Part shown: positions 55,901 to 64,000 of the stretch, one piece after another | How positions within the stretch are numbered: the stretch's first letter is position 1 | How the letters are laid out: each line of letters begins with the position of its first letter | Source of the DNA: a virus | Taxonomy: Duplodnaviria > Caudoviricetes | Length of the DNA: 64,000 nt | Virus record (IMG/VR): IMGVR_UViG_3300033405_000003 | Reading direction: 5' to 3' (one strand) | Program-made: the position numbers and the translations under genes | Notes under the pieces: generated by a model | What the model saw: only the letters and a program-made list of their open reading frames with translations | Database searches by the model: none | Told to the model about the DNA's origin: nothing

Positions 55901-57156
55901 GCTCCCGCCGACTGCGCGGCCTTGTAGTACATCTCGAGCAGGTTCGACAGCTCGACGAGCGCGAGCTTGCTGATGCCGTCGAGGAGGTCGAGGAGCTTCT
56001 TGCCCGTGAGGGGGTCCGACTGCATAGCGGCGCCGAACATGAGCGCCAGGCCCGTGATCCGCTCCACCCCCTCCTCCTCGTCGAGGTCGGGGGCCTCGCT
56101 CGCGGCGACGACCTCGTCGAACAGGGCCCGTTGCTCCTCGCTGAGGACGTCGCGCACGGCCTCGAATTTACCACGCGACCGGCAGAGCGACACGAAGCGC
56201 GCCGTGTCCAGCGCGACCCGTATCTTGAGATCGCCGAGGTCGGGCGCCGGCGGCCCGTCCTCCCCCTCGCCCTGCGGCTGCGGCTTGCCGTGCCCGTTCC
56301 TGCCGTTGGCGTGCTCCTCTGGCCGTTCCGCCTTCCCGTTCGTGCGCTTCTGCTCAGCGTACCAGGCCTGGAAATCCGGCGAGTTCGCGTAGCCACCGGG
56401 ACCGCCGCTGAAACGCTGGATGGCCCGGATCACGTGCGGGAGAAGCTCGGGCGCGACCTTCTCCTTCAGGAACTCGAAGCTCTCGCGCTTCGTCTTCGCG
56501 TCCTCCTCGTCCTGCTTGCGCTTCTTGTCCCGCTCGTACTGATGGTCCTCGGCGTTCAGCGCGACCTCGCGGAGCTTCAGCTCGCGGTCGGTGTATCCCT
56601 GCACGACGTCGCTGTACTGCTGGTTCTGCTTCATGATCGTGTTGAACACCAGCTCGGCCTTCTGCTCGATGCGCGCCTCCTTCTCGGACACGTACTTCAG
56701 GAGGTCCGGCATGAGCCGCTCCGCGATCCCGACCTCCTCCCTCCCGCCGTGCGGGCCGCCGCGACCAGGCGCGAGCGCGAGGTGCTGCACCTCCTGCCCT
56801 CCCGGGACCTTGAACACGAACGTCGATCGGTTGTTGTAGCTCTTCGCGTGGAACGCGAGCGTGTAGACGCAGTCGCCGCCGAAGCGGTACGCGGCGTCGC
56901 GGCACGCGGCCAGCTCGACGCCCCTCACGATCGTCGGGATCCCGATGCCCTTGCCGTAGAGGTCGCGCTCGTCCCATTCCGTGATGTCGTCCTCCCGGCC
57001 CCCGTGCGGGTCGCGGAACCGGAGGCTCATGCGCACGATCTTCCGGCTCTCCTCGTCGCCCTTGTCCTCGAAGGCGGGCTTGTCGTAGCGGAGCCGGTCG
57101 GCGATCGCGACGGTCACCTCGCGGCGAGTCTCGACTGCGAAATCAAAGGTCGGCAT
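55897..57156 (-). CDS. hypothetical protein with central coiled coil
   Basis: 419 aa, GAGG RBS. Confidence 0.8.
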   Translation of the reverse strand: MPTFDFAVETRREVTVAIADRLRYDKPAFEDKGDEESRKIVRMSLRFRDPHGGREDDITEWDERDLYGKGIGIPTIVRGVELAACRDAAYRFGGDCVYTLAFHAKSYNNRSTFVFKVPGGQEVQHLALAPGRGGPHGGREEVGIAERLMPDLLKYVSEKEARIEQKAELVFNTIMKQNQQYSDVVQGYTDRELKLREVALNAEDHQYERDKKRKQDEEDAKTKRESFEFLKEKVAPELLPHVIRAIQRFSGGPGGYANSPDFQAWYAEQKRTNGKAERPEEHANGRNGHGKPQPQGEGEDGPPAPDLGDLKIRVALDTARFVSLCRSRGKFEAVRDVLSEEQRALFDEVVAASEAPDLDEEEGVERITGLALMFGAAMQSDPLTGKKLLDLLDGISKLALVELSNLLEMYYKAAQSAGA

Positions 57157-57281
57157 CTGTCCTCGGAGCCCAGCCTAAATCGCGCCGGGACGGTCTCCAA
57201 CTACGAGCAGCAGCTTTCAAAGCGATTGTCAAAAAGTACTGGCGCGCTGCACAGATAACACAAAGAATACAAAGGGTTTTC

Positions 57282-57310
57282 TGGACAAGATATTCTCGCG
57301 CTCGTAGCTT
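57282..57310 (+). promoter_or_regulatory. sigma70-like promoter in AT-rich divergent spacer
   Basis: TGGACA-N17-TAGCTT ending 23 nt before the ATG at 57334. Confidence 0.5.
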
Positions 57311-57333
57311 TCGTACAAAGCACAAAATAATCG

Positions 57334-58119
57334 ATGGCCAACGCGACCCCGATCCCCGAAACCAGCAAGAAGCCCAAGCCCAGGAAGTCCACCAAGGGTT
57401 TCAGGAACCCCCTCCCGTTCAAGGTTCGTCGAACCCCGGCCGACAAGGACATGATCCCGCTCCGGGAAGCCCACCAGCTCCTCAAGCACCTGCCCGGCTA
57501 CCGTTCCCTCGCGTCCATGCGCCTGCGCGTCTTGGTCCACAAGGAGCTGCCGTTCCAGAAGCTCGGCAAGCGCGGGGACATCTGGGTGCACGGGCCCGCG
57601 GTCCACGAGATGGCCGGCAAGCACAAGGACGAGTTCGCCCCGCCCGTCCCCGTCGAGACCGAGGACCAGAGGCTCCTCAAGCACTACGCCGAGGACGAGG
57701 CGCACAACTACATCACGGCCGTCACCGCCGGGCTCGCCTCGACGCTCGCGCACGCCAAGCACGTGTACGAGGAGTTCCGCGCGGCCAAGAGCGATCCCGT
57801 CATCGTCGCGATCGAGGCCAAGAGGACGCGCGAGGCGCAGCTCGCGCGGCCCGAGACTCGGTGCGCGACCTGCGACCGCACCGAGAAGCTCGCGATGGAG
57901 GACGACCTCCGCGTAGTGCGCGAAGTGACCGGCGGTCGCGACGTCCTCGAGACCGGCGAGGAGGGGGCCCTCTCCGACTACCGGGACTTCCGGTGCAAGG
58001 GCTGCTGGTACTGGAGGCCGCACGCCCCCGCGGGGAAGATGCGGGACCAGCTCCTGCGGTCGCCGCCGGACAATTCTCAAAATCAGAGTACTGATGGGGG
58101 GCCGGGCCCGGGGGCGTGA
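57334..58119 (+). CDS. putative DNA-binding regulator (winged-HTH-like N-terminus, C-terminal C4 Zn site)
   Basis: IPLREAHQLL...ELPFQKLG pattern; CATC...CKGC. Confidence 0.6.
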   Translation: MANATPIPETSKKPKPRKSTKGFRNPLPFKVRRTPADKDMIPLREAHQLLKHLPGYRSLASMRLRVLVHKELPFQKLGKRGDIWVHGPAVHEMAGKHKDEFAPPVPVETEDQRLLKHYAEDEAHNYITAVTAGLASTLAHAKHVYEEFRAAKSDPVIVAIEAKRTREAQLARPETRCATCDRTEKLAMEDDLRVVREVTGGRDVLETGEEGALSDYRDFRCKGCWYWRPHAPAGKMRDQLLRSPPDNSQNQSTDGGPGPGA

Positions 58120-58539
58120 CCGCCCCCTGGTGTCAACGGCTTTCCAGCGCAGAAAAATTGCGTGCAACACGCACGCCCAATACATCAGTGCCTACGCACC
58201 CTTGCGTCACGGCAGCGGCACGATCTCGTTTCCTCTGGAAAGCGGCAGAGCCGCGGTGTTAGAACCAAAACTCGGCCCTGAATCCCCGCGATCGGCGCGA
58301 GCCGGTCGGGGCATCCAGCCCGATGAGGAGGTCCTGCCACTGCCGACCGCACGAATGGGCGCTCTCTAAATCTCTCAAACGCCAAGCGCCGCCTGAGGTC
58401 TCGACTCCTCGGCGGCGCTCCTTCACAAGTCTGGTCGGCGGCGCATCCCAACCATGCGCACCAAGAAGCTTACCTGCTCTGTCGTTCATTGCAAGCGCTT
58501 TAAACTTGACACCGTCCCGACTCTTCCAGAGGGGCCACG

Positions 58540-59325
58540 GTGAAGAAGCGCAAGACGATCGCCTCGCTCGCCCGCGGGCACGTGCGCGCGCTCGCCGGCC
58601 GCGGGATCAAGATCGACGCCGGCGGCAGGCGCGCGCGCAAGGACGGGCGGCCGATCTCGAGGGAGAAGCTCGAGCGCGCCGTCGCCGCCATCGAACGCGC
58701 CAAGAAGAGACCCGCGAAGCCGGCCGCGAAGAAGACCGCGCCGCGCCGGCGCCCCGGGGAACTCTCCGAGCGCGACGCGTTCATCCTCGAGTCGCTCGTC
58801 CGCAACCACCTCACCCCCGAAGTGCAGAAGCGGTACATCAAGAACCTCTCGGCCGCCGGCCGCGAGGTCCTCAAGCAGCGCGAGGTCAAGGAGAGGATCG
58901 CCGCCGCCGGCCGCGAGGAGAAGGAGAGGCGCGAGAAGGAAGAGGAGCGCGCCCGGAGGGCGGAGGAGAAGGAGAGGGCGAGGATGGAGGAGCTTCGCGC
59001 GAACTGGGCCAAGGCCGACGTGCTCCTCAAGCAGGCCATCCAGAGCAAGTCGTTCTTCATGGAGTGGGAGGTCATCGCGAAGGTCCTCGGCCTCCCGCCG
59101 CGCGAGGTGTTCGAGCGCGGGCTCACGCTCCAGGGCGCCAGACCGGGCGCGGTGAAGGTAACCTGGAAGGACTGGCAGCGCGCCGAAAGGCTCATACGCG
59201 ACGCGATCAGGCGCGGCACGTTCGACAGCGAGTACGACAGGATCGCCGCCGCCACGGGGCTCACCGCCCGCGAGATCTACACGCTCGGCATCAGCCCCCC
59301 GTCGCTCGGGACCGCGACCGCCTGA
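58540..59325 (+). CDS. basic helical protein; terminal-protein candidate
   Basis: 261 aa, K/R/E/A-rich, TGATG-coupled to PolB; function inferred from position and size. Confidence 0.55.
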   Translation: MKKRKTIASLARGHVRALAGRGIKIDAGGRRARKDGRPISREKLERAVAAIERAKKRPAKPAAKKTAPRRRPGELSERDAFILESLVRNHLTPEVQKRYIKNLSAAGREVLKQREVKERIAAAGREEKERREKEEERARRAEEKERARMEELRANWAKADVLLKQAIQSKSFFMEWEVIAKVLGLPPREVFERGLTLQGARPGAVKVTWKDWQRAERLIRDAIRRGTFDSEYDRIAAATGLTAREIYTLGISPPSLGTATA

Positions 59326-61673
59326 TGTCGAAGCCCAAGAAAGAAGCGAAACCCGTCACCGGCCGCCAGCTCTCCATCGCACGCGCGAAGGACGCCGTCG
59401 CCTTCCAGGAAGAGATCAAGAAGGCGATCGAGGGGCCGGCCGACAAGCCGCTCGGGCCGCTCGGGCCCCCGCCGCGCAGGCGCGCCAAGCAGGTCAAGGA
59501 GAACGAGACCCCGGGGGAGATCTTCGCCGGCGTCGACGGCGAGGGCAAGGGCAGGAACCCCCACCTCTACGTCATGCTCTGCGCCGCCGACGAGTTCGGC
59601 AAGAACCGCTGGAGCGTGGAGGACCCCGCCGGCCTCTCCACGAGCGCGTGCCTCGACTTCTTCCTCGAACTGCCGGCCTCGGTGAAGTGCTTCGCCTTCT
59701 CGTTCAACTACGACCTCACGAAGCTCCTCGCCGACGTGCCGAACGACGCGCTCTACAGGCTCGTCCGCCCCGAACTCAGGCAGAGACCGCCGGGCAGCAA
59801 GGTGACCGCGCCCTTCCCCGTCCGCTGGAAGGACCCGAGGACCGAGAGGGTCTACCTCCTCAACATGCAGGGAACGAAGTTCACCGTCGCGGTCCGGTAC
59901 AAGACGCGCCAGGGCAAGGTCGCCACGCGGAGCCGGATCATCTGGGACACGTTCAAGTTCTACCAGAGCAAGTTCACGGTCGCGCTCCGCGACTGGCGCG
60001 TCGCCACCGCCGAGGGCTGCAGCAACAACAAGCCGTGCCTCTCCGCCGCCTGCCCGGTCTGCCAGATCGAGGTCATGAAGGACAAGCGCTCCGAGTTCGA
60101 CCGGCTCGACGACGAGGCCATCAAGGCCTACTGCTGGAGCGAGTGCATGTACCTCGGGCAGCTCGCGCGCAAACTCGTCGACGCGCACGCGGACGCCGGC
60201 CTCGAGCTGAAGAACTTCTACGGCGCGGGATCCTCCGCCTCCGCCATGCTCGGCCTCATGGGCATCAAGGAGAAGCGCAAGGAGCCGCCCGACGCGATGA
60301 AGGAGGCCGTGTCGAGCGCGTTCTTCGGCGGCCGGTTCGAGCACAGCGTGATCGGCCCGATCGAGGGGCCGGTCTACTCGTTCGACATCTCGTCGGCCTA
60401 CCCCTATCAGTGTTGCTTCCTGCCATGCCTCGAGCACGGCACCTGGACGAAGACCAAGAGCAGGAAGGACATGCTCAAGGCCAAGGCCGCGCTCGTCCAG
60501 TACCGGCTGGAGGAGCCGAAGGAGAAGCTGCCGTGGGCGCCGTTCCCGTACCGCGACGCGGACGGCAGCATCACCTTCCCCGACAGGTCCGGCGGCGGGT
60601 GGGTGTGGCGCGACGAGTACCTCGCCGGCGAGAAGCTCTTCCCGTACGTCAAGTTCCGGAGCGCGTGGGTCCTCGACGGGCCCTGCCGGTGCGAGCCGTT
60701 CAGGATGATCTCGCGCTACTACATGAACAGGCTCCGCCTCGGCAAGGAGGGCGCCGGCATCGCGCTCAAGCTCGGCTGCAACTCGTGCTACGGCAAGCTC
60801 GCCCAGAGCGTCGGCGGCACCCCGCCGTTCCAGAGCTGGATTTGGGCCGGCATGATCACCTCCGGCTGCCGCGCGCAGATCCTCGAGATGATGTCGCTCC
60901 ACGACGACCTCTCGAACCTGCTCTCCATCGCCACCGACGGCATCTACACCCGCGAGGACATCAAGACCCCGGCCCCGATGGACACCGGGACGATGAACGC
61001 ACGACGCTCGCCCGCCGAGACGGAGGCCGCGCAGAAGAAGGGCGAGAAGTGCTCCGCCTGCGGCGCCATCGGCTGCGACCTCGCGCACAAACCGCTCGGC
61101 GGCTGGGAGCGCAAGGTCGTGAAGAAGGGCGTCTTCTTCGCGCGGCCCGGCATCTACTTCCCGCTCAACCCGACCCAGGAGGAGCTGAAGACCGTCCGCG
61201 CGCGCGGCATCGGCCGCGCCGCGATGTTCGAGGCGTGGGAGGCGATGACCACCGCGTTCGCGCAGGGCAAGGAGGAGATCCACATCGAGAACGACAAGCT
61301 CGAGCGGTTCTGCGGCATGAAGAGCCAAATCACGATCTCGGGCGCCAGCTCCGCGAACCCGACGTACACGCGCTCGCCGAACTACGGAAGCTGGGTCCCC
61401 CGGCCCACGGACCTCTCGCTCAACCCGATGCCGAAGCGGGACGCGAAAGTCGTGAGGCCCCGGGGCGCCGACTACGGTATCCTCACGGTCAGGGCCATGG
61501 ATCCCGACGTCTCCTCCGCTCCCTACTCGCGCGCCGTCGGCGAGCGCGCGCCCGACGCGCTCCTGCTCAAGGCCGCGGAGCTTGAGGCCATGGAGCAGCC
61601 CGATGGCGGCGATCTCGAAGAGAACGATCTCCTCTTCGACGACGACGTCGACTACAACTTCGACGACATGTGA
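59325..61673 (+). CDS. family B DNA polymerase, protein-primed type
   Basis: Exo GVDGEG, FNYDL; FFGGRFE; DISSAYP; KLGCNSCYGK; ATDGI; LGGW. Confidence 0.92.
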   Translation: MSKPKKEAKPVTGRQLSIARAKDAVAFQEEIKKAIEGPADKPLGPLGPPPRRRAKQVKENETPGEIFAGVDGEGKGRNPHLYVMLCAADEFGKNRWSVEDPAGLSTSACLDFFLELPASVKCFAFSFNYDLTKLLADVPNDALYRLVRPELRQRPPGSKVTAPFPVRWKDPRTERVYLLNMQGTKFTVAVRYKTRQGKVATRSRIIWDTFKFYQSKFTVALRDWRVATAEGCSNNKPCLSAACPVCQIEVMKDKRSEFDRLDDEAIKAYCWSECMYLGQLARKLVDAHADAGLELKNFYGAGSSASAMLGLMGIKEKRKEPPDAMKEAVSSAFFGGRFEHSVIGPIEGPVYSFDISSAYPYQCCFLPCLEHGTWTKTKSRKDMLKAKAALVQYRLEEPKEKLPWAPFPYRDADGSITFPDRSGGGWVWRDEYLAGEKLFPYVKFRSAWVLDGPCRCEPFRMISRYYMNRLRLGKEGAGIALKLGCNSCYGKLAQSVGGTPPFQSWIWAGMITSGCRAQILEMMSLHDDLSNLLSIATDGIYTREDIKTPAPMDTGTMNARRSPAETEAAQKKGEKCSACGAIGCDLAHKPLGGWERKVVKKGVFFARPGIYFPLNPTQEELKTVRARGIGRAAMFEAWEAMTTAFAQGKEEIHIENDKLERFCGMKSQITISGASSANPTYTRSPNYGSWVPRPTDLSLNPMPKRDAKVVRPRGADYGILTVRAMDPDVSSAPYSRAVGERAPDALLLKAAELEAMEQPDGGDLEENDLLFDDDVDYNFDDM

Positions 61674-61864
61674 TGAACGTCACGGTCGTTAACGTTTGCG
61701 GCGCCTGCGGGAGGGAGATGCGGCAGTGGTGCTGCACGAGGGCCAGGCGTGACCCACGCTTGAAGGGTTGCGACCCCGAGAGGCCGCACCTCCACGCCAC
61801 GTGCGTCTGCTCCCCGGGCTCCGAGGCCTGCATCTACCTCCCCGACTCCACGGTGCGCCAGTGA
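61670..61864 (+). CDS. small Cys-rich protein
   Basis: 64 aa, 8 Cys, GTGA overlaps at both ends. Confidence 0.55.
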   Translation: MMNVTVVNVCGACGREMRQWCCTRARRDPRLKGCDPERPHLHATCVCSPGSEACIYLPDSTVRQ

Positions 61865-62241
61865 TCCCCGTCACGCAGACCAAGACGGGCGACCGCGGCA
61901 ACTGCCTGTCGGCCTGCGTGGCTTCGCTGCTCGAGATCCCCATCGAGTGGGTCCCGGACTTCACCCGCGAACTGAGCGGGCCCGTCACGCCCCAGCCGGT
62001 CAAGCTCAACGCGTGGCTCGCGACCGTCGGTCTCGAGGCCGTCTACTGCACGACGGACGTCATGCACCCGGCGCACGCGTGCCCGGACGGGTACTACATC
62101 CTCACGGGGTGGTCGCCGCGCGGCCGGCCGCACGTCGTCGTCGGCCTCGGCAAATCCATCGCGCACGACCCGCACCCGTCGCGCGCGGGTCTCGTGAGCA
62201 TCGACGGGTGTATCCTCTTGGTCCCGAGGTGCCGCCCATGA
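61861..62241 (+). CDS. minimal papain-fold (C39-like) peptidase
   Basis: Q...GNCLSACVASLL, PHVVV, HDP. Confidence 0.7.
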   Translation: MIPVTQTKTGDRGNCLSACVASLLEIPIEWVPDFTRELSGPVTPQPVKLNAWLATVGLEAVYCTTDVMHPAHACPDGYYILTGWSPRGRPHVVVGLGKSIAHDPHPSRAGLVSIDGCILLVPRCRP

Positions 62242-62543
62242 CGCTCGCGACCGTCGCTTGGGTCTACACCGCCGGATGGTTCCTCTATTCGGCGTGGTTC
62301 GTCGTCGGGATGTACCGGCGAGGCGACGTCCAGGACATGGAGTCCAAAATACTCTCAAAAATTGAGAATGACCCCGAGGCCGCCGAGCACTACGTGAGGA
62401 ACGTCCACGGGATCCGCACGAAGATGCGCCTATTACTGCCGGCGCTCCCGCTCCTCTTCGGATTCATGTTCGGATCGGTCTGGCCCCTCGCGCTCGCGAT
62501 CAGGGTCGCCATCGAGATCTCGTCGCTCGGAAAGCGCGATTAG
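62238..62543 (+). CDS. 2-TM membrane protein
   Basis: MTLATVAWVY; two hydrophobic helices. Confidence 0.65.
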   Translation: MTLATVAWVYTAGWFLYSAWFVVGMYRRGDVQDMESKILSKIENDPEAAEHYVRNVHGIRTKMRLLLPALPLLFGFMFGSVWPLALAIRVAIEISSLGKRD

Positions 62544-62546
62544 CAG

Positions 62547-62834
62547 ATGCCGCTCGAGTTCCCCGCCACGGCCACCTGCGAGAAGTGTTCGCGCAAGACC
62601 ATCTTCAAAATCGTCGTCACCAAGCTCCATCCTCACACCGACATGCACCTAAGGATGCCCGGCGGATGGGCGGCCTCGAGCAAGCCCGAGAGCGGCGAGC
62701 TTCTCATCACGTGCCCCACCTGCAGCCCCGTGCTCATCAGCATCCCGCCGATCCCCATCGACGAGTCGGACCTCGTCGGCGACCCGGCGACCGACCCAAC
62801 GCTCCTCGCGCCGAAAGATTCCAAACCGTTGTGA
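62547..62834 (+). CDS. Zn-ribbon protein
   Basis: CEKC...PGGW...CPTC. Confidence 0.7.
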   Translation: MPLEFPATATCEKCSRKTIFKIVVTKLHPHTDMHLRMPGGWAASSKPESGELLITCPTCSPVLISIPPIPIDESDLVGDPATDPTLLAPKDSKPL

Positions 62835-63882
62835 TGCGATTTGAAATGTGTTCTGGTTTCATTCGTTGAAGGCGTCTTCGACGGGTTCGATGGCGCTCTC
62901 AAGCGCTTTTTGAATGGCCCATAGTCGTTTTGCGCGAGTGTCCATGAGTGCATCCACCTCAAAGAAGTCCCTGGCTCGGAAGAGAGCGGCACGACAGACG
63001 AAGACATCGAGATGTTCGTGCACAACGTAGGCTCGCTGCACATCGACCTCCTCAACGCCATGGACAATGCCCGCCACCTTGCGGCTGTCGAAACGCCGGA
63101 GCGCTACGGCTATTCGCCCGGATCCCGCGTCAAGATCACTCGGCGCGTAAAGAGCTACCGCAAATAAAGAAGCACGCCTCCACCCTCCACCCCTTGCCCG
63201 CAAGAACGTCGGGAACGCGCGCTCCGCGCGCCCTCCCCCGCCGCGGCGCTCCACCCCTCGCCCGCAGGAACACCGAGCGAGAGCGGGATACCTCCGCGCC
63301 CTCCCCCGCGCACCACCCCCGCGCCCCCGGCCACGTCCGCAACCCTCCCCGCTCTTCCCGCTCCGCGGCCCGCGGCCCGCTCCCCGCGCAACCCCACGCC
63401 CCGCGCGGAGCCCGCGGCGTCCGGGTCACTCTCCCGGGCGCAACCTGCAACGCCTCCGCAAGCCCCCGGACCCCCGCGCCGCTCGCTGCGCTCGCGCGCG
63501 CCCCGTGCACCCCTTGACGCGCACAGCAGCGGTCGCGTACCCTTCCGGGTGCTGTGACTCGTCGACGTGGTGGCGTTCCACCTCGGAGACACCGGGACCC
63601 CGGCGCAACGGCACATCGGATGCCACCGCGCCGGACCCGCGGACCCCGATGCGTGTAGAATGCACATATTGCAATCTACACGTGATCCACCGCGGCCCGG
63701 CGCGTGCGCGAACCGAGATCCGACCGCGCTAGGTGCGGATCGACGGGCATGTGGGCCACGGACTGCGTGCCGTACCTCCGGGAGCACATCGGATGCTGAG
63801 CGGGGTGCGGGGCGGGACGGAGTCGCGCCGGGTGTGAGCCCCGGAGGTCAACCGCGACGAGGTCAACGGGATCGAGGGTTTT

Positions 63883-63897
63883 TGGCATATTCCTTGC
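63883..63897 (+). promoter_or_regulatory. sigma54 -24/-12 motif
   Basis: TGGCATATTCCTTGC (GG-N10-GC). Confidence 0.55.
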
Positions 63898-63963
63898 GGA
63901 ATGTACGAAAAAGTTGACTATTTGGCACTGGCATGATTCTTGGGTGTCTGACAAATTGACACG

Positions 63964-63978
63964 GCAAGAATCGTGCCA
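63964..63978 (-). promoter_or_regulatory. sigma54 -24/-12 motif (consensus match)
   Basis: Minus strand TGGCACGATTCTTGC. Confidence 0.65.
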
Positions 63979-64000
63979 AAAGAAGTCGCGACGTACACTG

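Larger units (their letters stand above)
1..64000. mobile_element. Large virus or virus-like element (probably tailless, membrane-containing); boundaries not visible
   Basis: Viral-type PolB, a ~51 kb co-oriented block of structural-looking genes, overlapping short ORFans, no housekeeping operons. Confidence 0.75.

Noticed and set aside
58323-59324. 1116-aa PolB with long N-terminal extension
   Set aside because: Extension overlaps the better ORF 58540..59325; TGATG coupling supports a start at 59325
1-64000. tRNA/rRNA genes, integrase, att sites
   Set aside because: None recognisable by eye; a tRNAscan/HMM run would be needed to exclude them fully

Overview
A GC-rich, gene-dense window that reads as most of a large, apparently tailless virus or virus-like element. 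The probable host is a myxobacterium (Polyangia-like), inferred from lipoproteins with DGG/DA linkers and sigma54 sites. Layout: (i) 1-5.9 kb, plus-strand accessory genes, including an orphan ABC ATPase and a broken J-domain/adenylosuccinate-synthetase-like locus with an inverted internal segment. (ii) 5.9-57.2 kb, one co-oriented minus-strand block. It holds RadA/Sms, a dual-specificity phosphatase, a lysozyme-like protein, six peptidoglycan-binding proteins, a transglutaminase-fold Cys protease next to two paralogous beta-sandwich (jelly-roll candidate) proteins, modular Gly-rich fibre/spike paralogs, a 7-gene tandem paralog array, protamine-like peptides and about 20 small membrane or low-complexity proteins. 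(iii) 57.3-63.2 kb, a divergent plus-strand replication block with a protein-primed-type family B DNA polymerase coupled to a basic 261-aa terminal-protein candidate. (iv) A non-coding right end with clustered sigma54 motifs. The most striking pattern is that many of the minus-strand proteins carry W/Y/H/G-rich terminal peptides set off by a recurrent [VTAS]G junction, suggesting adenovirus-like protease maturation in a bacterial virus. I recognised no terminase, portal, tail tube/sheath, integrase, FtsK-type packaging ATPase, tRNA or CRISPR array. All family calls are from motif reading only; no searches were run.
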